Below are positions 18,414 to 26,844 of a DNA stretch of 64,000 nt, one piece after another. Positions within the stretch are counted from its first letter, which is position 1; each line of letters opens with the position of its first letter. This DNA is from Solirubrobacterales bacterium (GTDB lineage Bacteria > Actinomycetota > Thermoleophilia > Solirubrobacterales > 70-9). The notes beneath the pieces are model-generated. The model had not been told where the DNA came from. It made no database searches and worked only from the letters and a program-made list of their open reading frames with translations. A program made the translations under genes and the position numbers. The stretch lies in the NCBI GenBank assembly GCA_035708105.1, contig DASSTG010000007.1, positions 31,838 to 95,837 of the forward strand. Reading direction: 5' to 3'.

Positions 18414-19255
18414 TGCCGCTCGAGGCAGCGGCCTTCGCGGTCGCTCCGGCGCCGATGCTGCGGGGGGAGGCGGAAGGGGAGGGGCCAGCGGTCGTGCTCT
18501 GCCACGGCATCACCGCCACTCGCCGCTACGTCCTCCACGGCTCGCGGGCACTGGCGCGCGCCGGATACCGGGTGATCGTCTACGACGCGCGGGGGCACGG
18601 CGAGTCCGATCCCGCCCCGGGGGACGGGGGTTATGGATACCCGGAGCTCCTCGCCGATCTCGAACGGGTGGTGGCGAACCAGGTCGGGGACGCGCGCTTC
18701 TTCCTCGGCGGCCACTCGATGGGCGCCCACACCGCGGCGGCGTATGCGCTGCGTCATCCGCAGCGCCTGGCGGGGCTGGCGCTGATCGGACCGACGTACC
18801 TGGGCCAAATCAGGCCGCAGTCCCTGGTCTACTGGGACGGCCTGGCCGCCGCCCTGGAATCGGGGGGCGTCGACGGCTTCGTCGCCTACATCGGCGAGGA
18901 GCAGGGGATCGAATCGCGCTGGCGCGAGCCGGTGCTCCGCTTCACCCGCGAGCGGATGCAGCGCCAGCGGCACCTGCAGGGGCTGGCGAAGGCGCTGCGG
19001 GAGGTGCCGCGTTCGCGCCCGTTCGGCTCGCTCGAGGAGCTGCGGACGCTCGAGGTCCCGGCGCTTGTCGTGGCGAGCAACGACGATGCCGACCCGGGGC
19101 ACCCGTACGCGGCCGCCGCCGCCTACGTCGAGGCGCTGCCGCAGGGGGAGCTGGTCAGCGAGGCCTTGGGGGAGTCGCCGCTGGCCTGGCAGGGCGGCAA
19201 GCTCTCGCGCGCATTAGCGGCCTTTTACCGCAAAGCCGTATCTTCGAGCCGATGA
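18413..19255 (+). CDS. Alpha/beta hydrolase
   Basis: HG oxyanion motif LCHGITA and nucleophile elbow GGHSMGA. The ATG shares one base with the bcp TGA. Confidence 0.8.
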   Translation: MPLEAAAFAVAPAPMLRGEAEGEGPAVVLCHGITATRRYVLHGSRALARAGYRVIVYDARGHGESDPAPGDGGYGYPELLADLERVVANQVGDARFFLGGHSMGAHTAAAYALRHPQRLAGLALIGPTYLGQIRPQSLVYWDGLAAALESGGVDGFVAYIGEEQGIESRWREPVLRFTRERMQRQRHLQGLAKALREVPRSRPFGSLEELRTLEVPALVVASNDDADPGHPYAAAAAYVEALPQGELVSEALGESPLAWQGGKLSRALAAFYRKAVSSSR

Positions 19256-19707
19256 GAATCCCGGCCGAGCCGATCCTGCAGCGCCTGATCGCCTTCGTCG
19301 CCGCCCTCGGCCTCGGCGTCGCAACCTACATCGCCATAGCCGACGCGGGCGGCGGCGCTCCCGCCTGCCTGGCCGGCGGCAGCGGCTGCCAGACGGTCGC
19401 CGACAGCTCCTATTCGCACCTGGCCGGGATCAACGTCGCCGTCCTCGGGATCGTCGCCTACGCGCTGCTGCTGGCGAGCGCGTTCCTCGTCAACGACGCC
19501 GCCCGCTTCGGCGGCTTCCTCGTCGGTCTCGTCGGCTTCGGCTTCAGCGTCTACCTGACCTACATCGAGCTCTTCAAGATCGAAGCGGTCTGCCAGTGGT
19601 GCGTCGCCAGTGCCCTGCTGATGACGATCCTCTTCCTGCTGAGCGCGACGCGGCTGATCGGCTTCGCGGGCGCCGACGGCGGCAGCCTCGCGGTCGATGA
19701 AACCTGA
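19252..19707 (+). CDS. Vitamin K epoxide reductase (VKOR) family protein
   Basis: Four TM segments, loop cysteines APAC...SGC and active-site CQWC. The ATG overlaps the previous stop (ATGA). Confidence 0.85.
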   Translation: MRIPAEPILQRLIAFVAALGLGVATYIAIADAGGGAPACLAGGSGCQTVADSSYSHLAGINVAVLGIVAYALLLASAFLVNDAARFGGFLVGLVGFGFSVYLTYIELFKIEAVCQWCVASALLMTILFLLSATRLIGFAGADGGSLAVDET

Positions 19708-20401
19708 CGCGGATCGCCGCGCACGGCTGCTCCAGCTGGGCGCGGGCGTGGTCTTCCTGGCGATCGTCGCCGTCGCCGCCCTGATCGTCATCAGCTCGTC
19801 GAGCGGGGGCAGCGGCGGCGATGAGAACCTCGAGGAAACGGCCGAGGTGAGCCGGCTGCTGGCGGGAATTCCCCAGCGGGGGATGGTCCTGGGCGAGCCC
19901 AAGGCCCCGGTCGAGCTGGTCGAGTTCGGCGACCTCCAGTGCCCCTTCTGCAGGGCCTATTCGGAAGAAATCCTGCCGCCGATCATCGAAGGCCCGGTGA
20001 GGAACGGCGAGGTCAAGATCGACTTCCGCAACTTCACGATCATCGGCGAGCAATCGACGCCCGCCGGCGCCGCCGCGCTCGCCGCCGGCGAACAGGGCCG
20101 GGGCTGGAACTACGTCGAGCTCTTCTACCGCAACCAGGGCGAAGAGGACTCCGGCTACGCCGACGACGCCTTCCTCGAAGCGATCGCCAAGGGAGCCGGC
20201 GTCGACGACCTCGCCAAGTGGCGGCAGGACCGCCGGCGGCAGGTTCCCGCGGTCGAACGGACGACCGCTGAGGCCCAGCGCCTCGGCTTCAACGGCACGC
20301 CGTCGTTCGCCGTCAGGGGCCCTAAGACCGACGGGCTGGAAACCCTCAGCACGCCACAGTCGGTGGGGGCGCTGGAAGAAGCGATCGAAGGCGCGAGCTG
20401 A
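19697..20401 (+). CDS. DsbA-family thiol:disulfide oxidoreductase (thioredoxin fold), membrane-anchored
   Basis: N-terminal TM helix, active site FGDLQCPFCRAY and late GFNGTPSF block. Overlaps the VKOR gene by 11 nt. Confidence 0.85.
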   Translation: MKPDADRRARLLQLGAGVVFLAIVAVAALIVISSSSGGSGGDENLEETAEVSRLLAGIPQRGMVLGEPKAPVELVEFGDLQCPFCRAYSEEILPPIIEGPVRNGEVKIDFRNFTIIGEQSTPAGAAALAAGEQGRGWNYVELFYRNQGEEDSGYADDAFLEAIAKGAGVDDLAKWRQDRRRQVPAVERTTAEAQRLGFNGTPSFAVRGPKTDGLETLSTPQSVGALEEAIEGAS

Positions 20402-20471
20402 GCCTCAGCGTGGCCGATCCCGGCCTAAGTTGACATAACCACCATTATCGTGCGTTGGGCCTGGAAAGGGC

Positions 20472-20744
20472 CTACCGGACGAAGGCTGAGACGGCCCGGC
20501 CCACCTCCATCGCCGTAAGCGGGCCGAAGCGCAGCGACCAGGAGCTGTCCATGTTCTGCAGCAGCTTGCATTTGACCCCGGCGGCTTTCAGCGCTCGCTC
20601 ATGCTCTTCGCAGCGTTCATAGCCGGAAGCGCCCTGGAAGACGGCGTCGAGGCCGTACCTGCCGTCGTCCACCGGCCACAGCGTCAGCCGATCGGCGACC
20701 GGTCCCGAGGGAAAATCGAGTTCTGATCCCATGCCGCTCATCAA
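20472..20744 (-). CDS. Hypothetical protein (90 aa)
   Basis: The only ORF in a locally less GC-rich gap. G/C-rich third positions are compatible with coding. No motif recognised, and the start among three nearby Met codons is uncertain. Confidence 0.45.
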   Translation of the reverse strand: MMSGMGSELDFPSGPVADRLTLWPVDDGRYGLDAVFQGASGYERCEEHERALKAAGVKCKLLQNMDSSWSLRFGPLTAMEVGRAVSAFVR

Positions 20745-20779
20745 TCGGCATCCGGGCCTGCTCCTTGAGAGCGGAGCTC

Positions 20780-21424
20780 CTATCCGGTGAGGACGGCGCG
20801 GCCGCGGATCAGCGGCCGGACGATCGGGGGCGCCTTCGGCAGGGAGTCACTCTGGACCTCACTCATTTCGAGCGGCGAAGCTTCGATCACCCCCGCGGTG
20901 TCGCGGTTGCAGTGGCAGCCGTCGCCGAGGAAGCGCCAGGGGCCGTGGAGGCGGTCCTGCCACTTGGCGAGCTCCGGCTCCTGAGAGCGGACGTGCTCGA
21001 TGAAGAGCAGCTGGCCGGCGGGTGCGAGGACACGAGCAATCTCTTTCAAGGCGGCGGGCTGGTCGGGGACCGTGCAGAGGACGAGCGTTACCACGACGGT
21101 GTCGAAGCTGTCATCCGCGAAGGGCAGGTCTTCGGCCCCGGCCTGAACCAGATCGGCTCCGGCGCAGACCTGCTGCGCGCGCCGACGCAGTTGTTTGAAC
21201 ATATGCGGATCGGGCTCGGTGACAGTCAGGCTTTCAAGGCCCTCGTGTGGGTAGAGCTCCAGGTTGAGGCCGGTGCCCGCTCCAAGCTCGAGCACCCTGC
21301 CCCGCGCCCCCTTCAGCAGCTCGCAGCGCATCTCCCGTAGGCCGGCCTCTTCGCTGGCCTCGAAAGCACGGTCGTAGAGGGCCGAGAACATCCGCCCCCA
21401 GGTCGCGTCGTAGATCCGTCCCAT
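20780..21424 (-). CDS. Class I SAM-dependent methyltransferase (type 11)
   Basis: Motif I VLELGAGTG and LAPAGQLLFIEH. ATG at 21424 is preceded by GAAGGAGGA at 6-nt spacing. The ORF extension to 21484 lacks this. Confidence 0.85.
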   Translation of the reverse strand: MGRIYDATWGRMFSALYDRAFEASEEAGLREMRCELLKGARGRVLELGAGTGLNLELYPHEGLESLTVTEPDPHMFKQLRRRAQQVCAGADLVQAGAEDLPFADDSFDTVVVTLVLCTVPDQPAALKEIARVLAPAGQLLFIEHVRSQEPELAKWQDRLHGPWRFLGDGCHCNRDTAGVIEASPLEMSEVQSDSLPKAPPIVRPLIRGRAVLTG

Positions 21425-21484
21425 GACTGGTCCTCCTTCGCTGATTGTGGAGTGGCGTACGGCCCGGGGCGGACCCTCGTTCAC

Positions 21485-22378
21485 CTAAGCGGCGTCGCGC
21501 TGCGGCGCCGGCTCGGACTCGGGGGCGGACCCCTCCCCCGCTCCCTTGCTCGCCGCCGCCCGCTCCTCGTAGGCGCGGCGGGCGCCGTGGTCGACTTCGA
21601 CCATCAGCTTGTCGACGCCCATCGCCCGGCCGAGCGCCTCGCGCCAGCCGCGCGGCAGCAGGCTGAGAACCCGGTAGAGGACGCCGTTGGCGCGCGGCAC
21701 GAAGACGTCGAAGCGCGGCACCTCCATCGCGCTGACGATCTCGTCGGCTACGTCGGAGGCCTCGACCGGCTTCACCCATTTCTGGCCGACGCCGCTGGTC
21801 AGCTCGGTGTTGACCCCGGTCGGCATCACGCAGAGGACCTCGACGCCGCTGCCGCGCAGCTCCGCCCGCACCGCCTCGCTGAGGCCGACGACGGCGTGCT
21901 TGGTGCCCGAGTAGGTGGCGATCCCCGGGATCCCCGCCTTGCCCGCCTGCGAGGCGATGTTGACGATGTAGCCGCTGCCGCGCGGCCGCAGGCGGCGGAT
22001 CGCCAGCTGGGTGCCGGTGGCGACGCCGATGAAGTTGATCTCGATCTGGCGGCGGATCGAGTCCTCGTCCTCCTCGGCGAACGGGGCGACCGGCATGATC
22101 CCGGCGTTGTTGACCACCGCGTCGAGCGGCCCGAGCTGACGCTCGGCCTCGTCGAGGAAGCGTTCGAAGGAGGCGCGGTCGGTGACGTCGAGCGGCAGCG
22201 CCACGGTGCCGCCGCCGAGCTCGGCCGCGGTCTTCTCCGCCAGCTCCAGCTCGAGGTCGCCGATGGCGACGCGGCAGCCCTTGGCCACCAGCGCCCTGGC
22301 CGTCGCCTTTCCGATCCCCCGGGCGCCGCCGGTGATCGCCACGACCTTTCCGCCCAGTTGCCGCCGCTCCTTTGCCAT
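21485..22378 (-). CDS. SDR family oxidoreductase
   Basis: TGGARGIGKA, NNAG and YSGTK (Y-x3-K). GAGGAGGAG Shine-Dalgarno upstream. Confidence 0.9.
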   Translation of the reverse strand: MAKERRQLGGKVVAITGGARGIGKATARALVAKGCRVAIGDLELELAEKTAAELGGGTVALPLDVTDRASFERFLDEAERQLGPLDAVVNNAGIMPVAPFAEEDEDSIRRQIEINFIGVATGTQLAIRRLRPRGSGYIVNIASQAGKAGIPGIATYSGTKHAVVGLSEAVRAELRGSGVEVLCVMPTGVNTELTSGVGQKWVKPVEASDVADEIVSAMEVPRFDVFVPRANGVLYRVLSLLPRGWREALGRAMGVDKLMVEVDHGARRAYEERAAASKGAGEGSAPESEPAPQRDAA

Positions 22379-22408
22379 CGTGCTCCTCCTCTGTTGCGGC
22401 GACCTTCC

Positions 22409-23605
22409 CTAGGCCGCCGGTTTGTAGACGGTGACCACGGCGGCGCCGCCGAGGCCGATGTTGTGCTGGAGAGCGGTCTTCGCACCCTCCACCTGGCGCT
22501 TGTCGGCTTCGCCGCGCAGCTGCCAGGTCAGTTCCGAGCACTGCGCCAGGCCGGTCGCCCCCAGCGGGTGCCCCTTCGAGATCAGACCGCCCGAGGGATT
22601 GACCACAGGTCCGTCGCCGCCGTAGGTGGTCGCTTCGGCCTCGACCAGCTTGTGCGCCTCGCCCTCGGCTGCAAAGCCGAGCGCTTCGTAGGTGATCAGC
22701 TCGTTGGCGCTGAAGCAGTCGTGCAGCTCGCAGACGTCGACTTCCTCGGCGGCGACGCCGGCCTCCTCGTAGGCCGCGTCGGCGGCGGTCTTCGACATGT
22801 CGGAGCCGACGATCGTCATGCAGTCGGCGTTCTCGTCGAAGGTCGAGCTGAGGTCGGTGACCATCGCCTGCCCGGCGATCTCGATCGCCTGGCCCCAGAG
22901 GCCGTGCTCGTCCACGTAGCGCTCGGAGGCGACGATCGCGCAGGCCGAGCCGTCGGAGGTCGGCGAGCACTGCAGCTTGGTCAGCGGGTCGTGGATCATC
23001 TTCGCCGCCTTGATGTCCTCGAGTGAGTACTCGTCCTGGAACTGGGCGTAGGGGTTGTTGACCGAGTGCTTGTGGTTCTTCCAGCCGATCCAGGCGTAGT
23101 GGTCGGGTTCGGAGCCGTACTTCTGCATGTGGTCGCGGCCAGCGTTGCCGAACATCTGCGGCGCCGGCGGCGAGGCCTCGGGGTCGCGGATCTCGAACAT
23201 CCGCATCGCGTGCTTGTCGAGCGCGTTGGTGCGGTCGGTGTACTTGACGCCCAGCGACCCCGGCTCCATCTTCTCGAAGCCGAGGGCCAGCGCGCAGTCG
23301 GCGATCCCGCCCTTGACCGCCTGGCGGGCCAGGAACAGCGCCGAGGAGCCGGTCGAGCAGTTGTTGTTGACGTTGACGACGGGGATCCCGGTCAGGCCGA
23401 GCTGGTAGAGCGCCCGCTGGCCGTAGGTCGAGTCGCCGTAGCAGTAGCCGGCGTAGGCCTGCTCCACGTCCTCATACGGGATCGCGGCGTCGGCAAGCGC
23501 CTTCTCCCCCGCCTCCTTGGCCCAATCCGGGTAATCCCCCTCCTTGGTGCCGGGCTTCTCGAACTTGGTCATCCCGACCCCGATCACGTACGTCTTGTTG
23601 CTCAA
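22409..23605 (-). CDS. SCP-x-type thiolase / lipid-transfer protein
   Basis: TTG start with GGAGGAGCGAGGAG upstream. Thiolase nucleophile region [11 protein letters not shown] and C-terminal GHPLGATG ... NIGLGGA. Confidence 0.88.
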   Translation of the reverse strand: MSNKTYVIGVGMTKFEKPGTKEGDYPDWAKEAGEKALADAAIPYEDVEQAYAGYCYGDSTYGQRALYQLGLTGIPVVNVNNNCSTGSSALFLARQAVKGGIADCALALGFEKMEPGSLGVKYTDRTNALDKHAMRMFEIRDPEASPPAPQMFGNAGRDHMQKYGSEPDHYAWIGWKNHKHSVNNPYAQFQDEYSLEDIKAAKMIHDPLTKLQCSPTSDGSACAIVASERYVDEHGLWGQAIEIAGQAMVTDLSSTFDENADCMTIVGSDMSKTAADAAYEEAGVAAEEVDVCELHDCFSANELITYEALGFAAEGEAHKLVEAEATTYGGDGPVVNPSGGLISKGHPLGATGLAQCSELTWQLRGEADKRQVEGAKTALQHNIGLGGAAVVTVYKPAA

Positions 23606-23702
23606 CTCCTCGCTCCTCCCGTTTTGGCTGACTGGCCAAATCTACCGCGGAACGAGGAACGGCACCCGGTCCGGCATTGCCCTGAGGGTAACCTGAGGGG
23701 TC

Positions 23703-24464
23703 GTGATCCAGGCCGCCATCAGCACCGATCCGGCCTCGGGCGTGGGGATTTTCGCCGCCCTCGCCGCCGGCATCGTCTCCTTCCTCTCCCCCTGCGTGCT
23801 GCCGCTGGTGCCGGGCTACCTCTCGGCGGTGACGGGCGTCTCGGCGACCGAGCTCGACGAAGCCGACTGGCGGCGGGTGCTCGGCCCCAGCCTCCTCTTC
23901 GTCGCCAGCTTCTCGGCGATCTTCATCCTCCTCGGGCTGACCGCGACCGGGCTCGGCTCGCTCCTCCAGCACCACAAGCAGCTGCTGACCAAAGTCTCAG
24001 GGGCGCTGATCATCGTCATGGGCCTGCTCTTCGTCGGCTCGCTCTTCATCACCCGGCTGAACCGCGAGTGGCACGTCGATGCGCTGCTCGAGCGCGCCGG
24101 CAAGGGCGGTCCGATCGTGGCGGGCGCCGCCTTCGCGATCGCCTGGACCCCCTGCATCGGCCCGACCCTCGGCGCGATCCTCACCGCCGCCTCGGTCTCC
24201 GACTCCGCCGCCCGCGGCGCCTTCCTGCTCGCCGTCTACTCGGCGGGCCTGGCGATCCCCTTCGTCCTCACCGCCCTCGCCTTCTCGCGGATGACCACCG
24301 CCTTCGCCGTCGTCAAGCGCCATTACCAGGCGATCGTCGCCGCCGGCGGCGTGATCCTGATCGCCATGGGAGTCCTGATCTGGACCGGCGAGCTGTTCCA
24401 GCTCAACATCGAAGCCCAGAACTGGCTCGAATCGGCCGGCGTGGACTTCTGGAACCAGATCTGA
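23703..24464 (+). CDS. ccdA: Cytochrome c biogenesis / thiol-disulfide transporter CcdA (DsbD-beta family)
   Basis: Six TM segments. FLSPCVLPLVPGYL and TPCIGPTLGAIL motifs. Confidence 0.9.
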   Translation: MIQAAISTDPASGVGIFAALAAGIVSFLSPCVLPLVPGYLSAVTGVSATELDEADWRRVLGPSLLFVASFSAIFILLGLTATGLGSLLQHHKQLLTKVSGALIIVMGLLFVGSLFITRLNREWHVDALLERAGKGGPIVAGAAFAIAWTPCIGPTLGAILTAASVSDSAARGAFLLAVYSAGLAIPFVLTALAFSRMTTAFAVVKRHYQAIVAAGGVILIAMGVLIWTGELFQLNIEAQNWLESAGVDFWNQI

Positions 24465-24466
24465 TC

Positions 24467-24515
24467 CGCGAGTCCGTCAAATTCCTTGTAGGACAAGGAA
24501 TTTCACAGACTCGCG
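24467..24515. terminator. Bidirectional hairpin terminator between convergent ccdA and the 92-aa ORF
   Basis: Outer stem CGCGAGTC (24467-24474) / GACTCGCG (24508-24515). Inner 11-bp AT-rich stem AAATTCCTTGT (24479-24489) / ACAAGGAATTT (24493-24503). It begins 3 nt after the ccdA stop and ends 2 nt before the other gene's stop. Confidence 0.6.
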
Positions 24516-24516
24516 T

Positions 24517-24795
24517 TCAGTTCTGAATCGGCGCGACGGTCTCGAGCTCTTTGCCGACGGCCTCGGTGATCTCCAGGCCGTCGTCCTCGAGGTCGCGGGA
24601 GCAGACGATGCGGAAGCGGCCGGTGCCGATCGCCCCGTCGGGTACCACCGGCAGGCCGCGGATCGTCTCCCACCCCAGCCGCTCGACCTCGAAGGGGTTC
24701 ATCCGCACCTCCGCCGCCGGAAACGGGCAGTTCGCGTTGTGCTGGTCGATCGCCTTGGAGATCGCCTCGAGGTTCTTCGCCTCGGCGGAGGCCAT
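24517..24795 (-). CDS. Hypothetical protein (92 aa)
   Basis: Strong G/C third-position bias typical of real genes in this window. No recognisable motif. Confidence 0.5.
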   Translation of the reverse strand: MASAEAKNLEAISKAIDQHNANCPFPAAEVRMNPFEVERLGWETIRGLPVVPDGAIGTGRFRIVCSRDLEDDGLEITEAVGKELETVAPIQN

Positions 24796-24832
24796 GCCAG
24801 GAGCCTAGAGCCTGCCGGCGAAACCCTCCACC

Positions 24833-24988
24833 ATGAACCCGAACCGGATGGAGGCTTTTTCCGACGGCGTCTTCGCCATCTCGATCACCCTCCTCGTGCT
24901 CGAGATCCGGGTCCCGATCCCCGGTTTCGAACACCTCGGCCACGCGCTCTACGCCAGCCCTGCGGCGAGCGCACCTGAAGCCGCTTAG
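24833..24988 (+). pseudogene. Remnant of a DUF1211/TMEM175-family potassium channel gene (N-terminal 51 codons only)
   Basis: Translates MNPNRMEAFSDGVFAISITLLVLEIRVP..., the hallmark first-helix motif (R-x-E-A-F-S-D-G-V-x-A-I-x-I-T-L-L-V-L-E) of a roughly 200-aa family. It then diverges and stops at TAG 24986-24988. Confidence 0.6.
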
Positions 24989-24995
24989 CGCCGAG

Positions 24996-25011
24996 GCGAA
25001 CGCGCGTTCGC
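24996..25011. promoter_or_regulatory. LexA-type SOS box (GAAC-N4-GTTC) in the dinB promoter
   Basis: Perfect 16-bp palindrome GCGAAC-GCGC-GTTCGC. Its right arm sits 17 nt upstream of TAACTT (25029-25034), which is 6 nt before the dinB GTG. Confidence 0.65.
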
Positions 25012-25040
25012 ACCGCCGCCGCGATCACTAACTTAAGGGT

Positions 25041-26141
25041 GTGTCGCCCGGATCCGTCCGCACGATCGCCCACCTCGACATGGACGCCTTCTACGCCTCC
25101 GTCGAGCTGCGGCGGCGGCCGGAGCTGAAGGGTAGGCCGGTGGTGGTCTGCGGCTCGGGTCCCCGGGCGGTGGTGACCACGGCCAGCTATGAGGCGCGGA
25201 AGCTGGCCGGGATCCATTCGGCGATGCCGGCGGCGGTGGCGCGGCGGCGGCTGCCCGACGCCGTCTACCTGCGGCCCGACTTCCCGGCCTATCGGGAGGC
25301 CTCAGGACAGGTGATGGACATCCTCCGGGGGAATTCGGAGATCGTCGAGGTGGTGGGACTGGACGAGGCCTATCTCGACCTCACCGGGCTCTTCTCGCCG
25401 AAGGCGACGATGCGGCGGATCGCCAACGAGATCCGGACGGAGACGCGGCTCACCTGCTCGGTCGGGATCTCGGAGTCACGGATGCTGGCCAAGATCACCA
25501 GCGAGCTCGGCAAGCCGGCGGGGCTGGTCGTCCTCTCCCGCCGCGACGCGCTGGAGCGGTTCGCCGCCCACTCCCCCGGCCTGATTCCCGGGATCGGCCC
25601 GAAAACGGTCTCGCGGCTGGAAGCGATGGGGGTCGGCACGCTCGCCGACCTGCGCCAGCAGGACCGCCAGGAGCTCGAATCGAAGTTCGGCCCGCGCTCG
25701 GGCGCCTGGCTTCATGCTCGCGGCAACCTGCTCGACTCCACCCCGGTCACACCGGAGCACGAGGTCAAGTCGCAGTCGACCGAGATCACCTTCGACGTCG
25801 ACGTCACCCGACGCGCGGAGCTCGAGCGCCACCTCGGCGAGCTCTCCGCGGAGCTCTGCCGGCGCCTGCGCAGAGGCGGGCTCGAGGGACGTACGATCGG
25901 GATCAAGGTCCGCCTCGACGACTGGACCAACGTCACCCGCTCGCACACGCTCGAGAATCCGACCAGCGACCCCGCGATCGTCGGTCCGGTCGCCCTCGAC
26001 CTGCTCCGCGCCTACGACCCGCAGCGCCCGGTGCGCCTGCTCGGGGTCCGCGTCGCCTCCTTCGACGCCGGCGGGAAGGCCGAAGCCGCCGAGCCGGAGC
26101 CGACCGACGGCCAGCTCCGGCTCGGCTTGGCTCTTCCTTAG
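25041..26141 (+). CDS. dinB: DNA polymerase IV (Y-family)
   Basis: IAHLDMDAFYASVE, SIGISESRMLAKI and PGIGPKT helix-hairpin-helix. 366 aa. Confidence 0.95.
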   Translation: MSPGSVRTIAHLDMDAFYASVELRRRPELKGRPVVVCGSGPRAVVTTASYEARKLAGIHSAMPAAVARRRLPDAVYLRPDFPAYREASGQVMDILRGNSEIVEVVGLDEAYLDLTGLFSPKATMRRIANEIRTETRLTCSVGISESRMLAKITSELGKPAGLVVLSRRDALERFAAHSPGLIPGIGPKTVSRLEAMGVGTLADLRQQDRQELESKFGPRSGAWLHARGNLLDSTPVTPEHEVKSQSTEITFDVDVTRRAELERHLGELSAELCRRLRRGGLEGRTIGIKVRLDDWTNVTRSHTLENPTSDPAIVGPVALDLLRAYDPQRPVRLLGVRVASFDAGGKAEAAEPEPTDGQLRLGLALP

Positions 26142-26175
26142 GCCTGCATAACAGGCAAAAGGAACAGGTAGACCC

Positions 26176-26799
26176 CTAGCGGGTCGCCAGCACCGTGCCG
26201 ACGCCGGGAAAGCCCAGCTTCCGCTTGACGGCCTCGGTCAGGTCGTAGTCGCGCCCGGCGACGTAGGGGCCGCGGTCGATCACCGGGACCGTCACCGTGC
26301 GGCCCTCGTAGCGCAGCTTCACCTTCGTCCCGCAAGGGAGCGTCTTGTTCGCCACGCCCAGCGTCCCCGGCATCAGAGTGCCGCCGCAGGCGACGCCGTT
26401 CCCCCAGAGGCCCGGGCCGTAGTAGGACGCTCCGGCGAGTCGGTAGCTGGTCAGCTTGCGCGCCGGGCTGCTGGACCCGCTCGTGCGCCGGTCATGCAGG
26501 TCGAACGCGCGCACCGAGTAGCTGCCGGTGCGCCGGGGGACCCAGTGCAGGGCGAAGGTCCCGTCGGCCCTGGTCCTGACCCCGCGGACGCTCTTCTCGG
26601 CGCCGTGAAAGACGATCTTGACCCGGTGCCCGCCGCTCGGCCGTACCTTCCCCTGCAACGCCAGTCCTCTCCCTTTCAGCAGGGAGTGCGCCGAAAGATG
26701 GAGGGTGACGTGGGAGCGCAGCCGCTCCTGGTGATGGTGCTTGGCGGTCTGCGCCGCCGCCGGCGCCAGGCCGATCGACAGTGCGGCGGCAGCCGCCAC
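26176..26799 (-). CDS. RlpA-like double-psi beta-barrel (DPBB) cell-wall protein, secreted
   Basis: C-terminal DPBB: ASYYGPG...GVACGG...ANKTLPCGTKVKL.YEGRTVTVPVIDRGPYV.GRDYDLT. The first canonical start is GTG at 26799, but the signal-peptide n-region (RRK) is encoded upstream of it, so the start is uncertain. Confidence 0.85.
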   Translation of the reverse strand: MAAAAALSIGLAPAAAQTAKHHHQERLRSHVTLHLSAHSLLKGRGLALQGKVRPSGGHRVKIVFHGAEKSVRGVRTRADGTFALHWVPRRTGSYSVRAFDLHDRRTSGSSSPARKLTSYRLAGASYYGPGLWGNGVACGGTLMPGTLGVANKTLPCGTKVKLRYEGRTVTVPVIDRGPYVAGRDYDLTEAVKRKLGFPGVGTVLATR

Positions 26800-26844
26800 C
26801 GCGGGCAGGAGTTTTCGCCTGTACGTATTGATGTGTCAGCTCGC

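Noticed and set aside
26142-26175. Small hairpin GCCTG-CATAA-CAGGC followed by AAAAGG between convergent dinB and the rlpA-like gene, considered as a possible terminator.
   Set aside because: A 5-bp stem is too weak to call with confidence.
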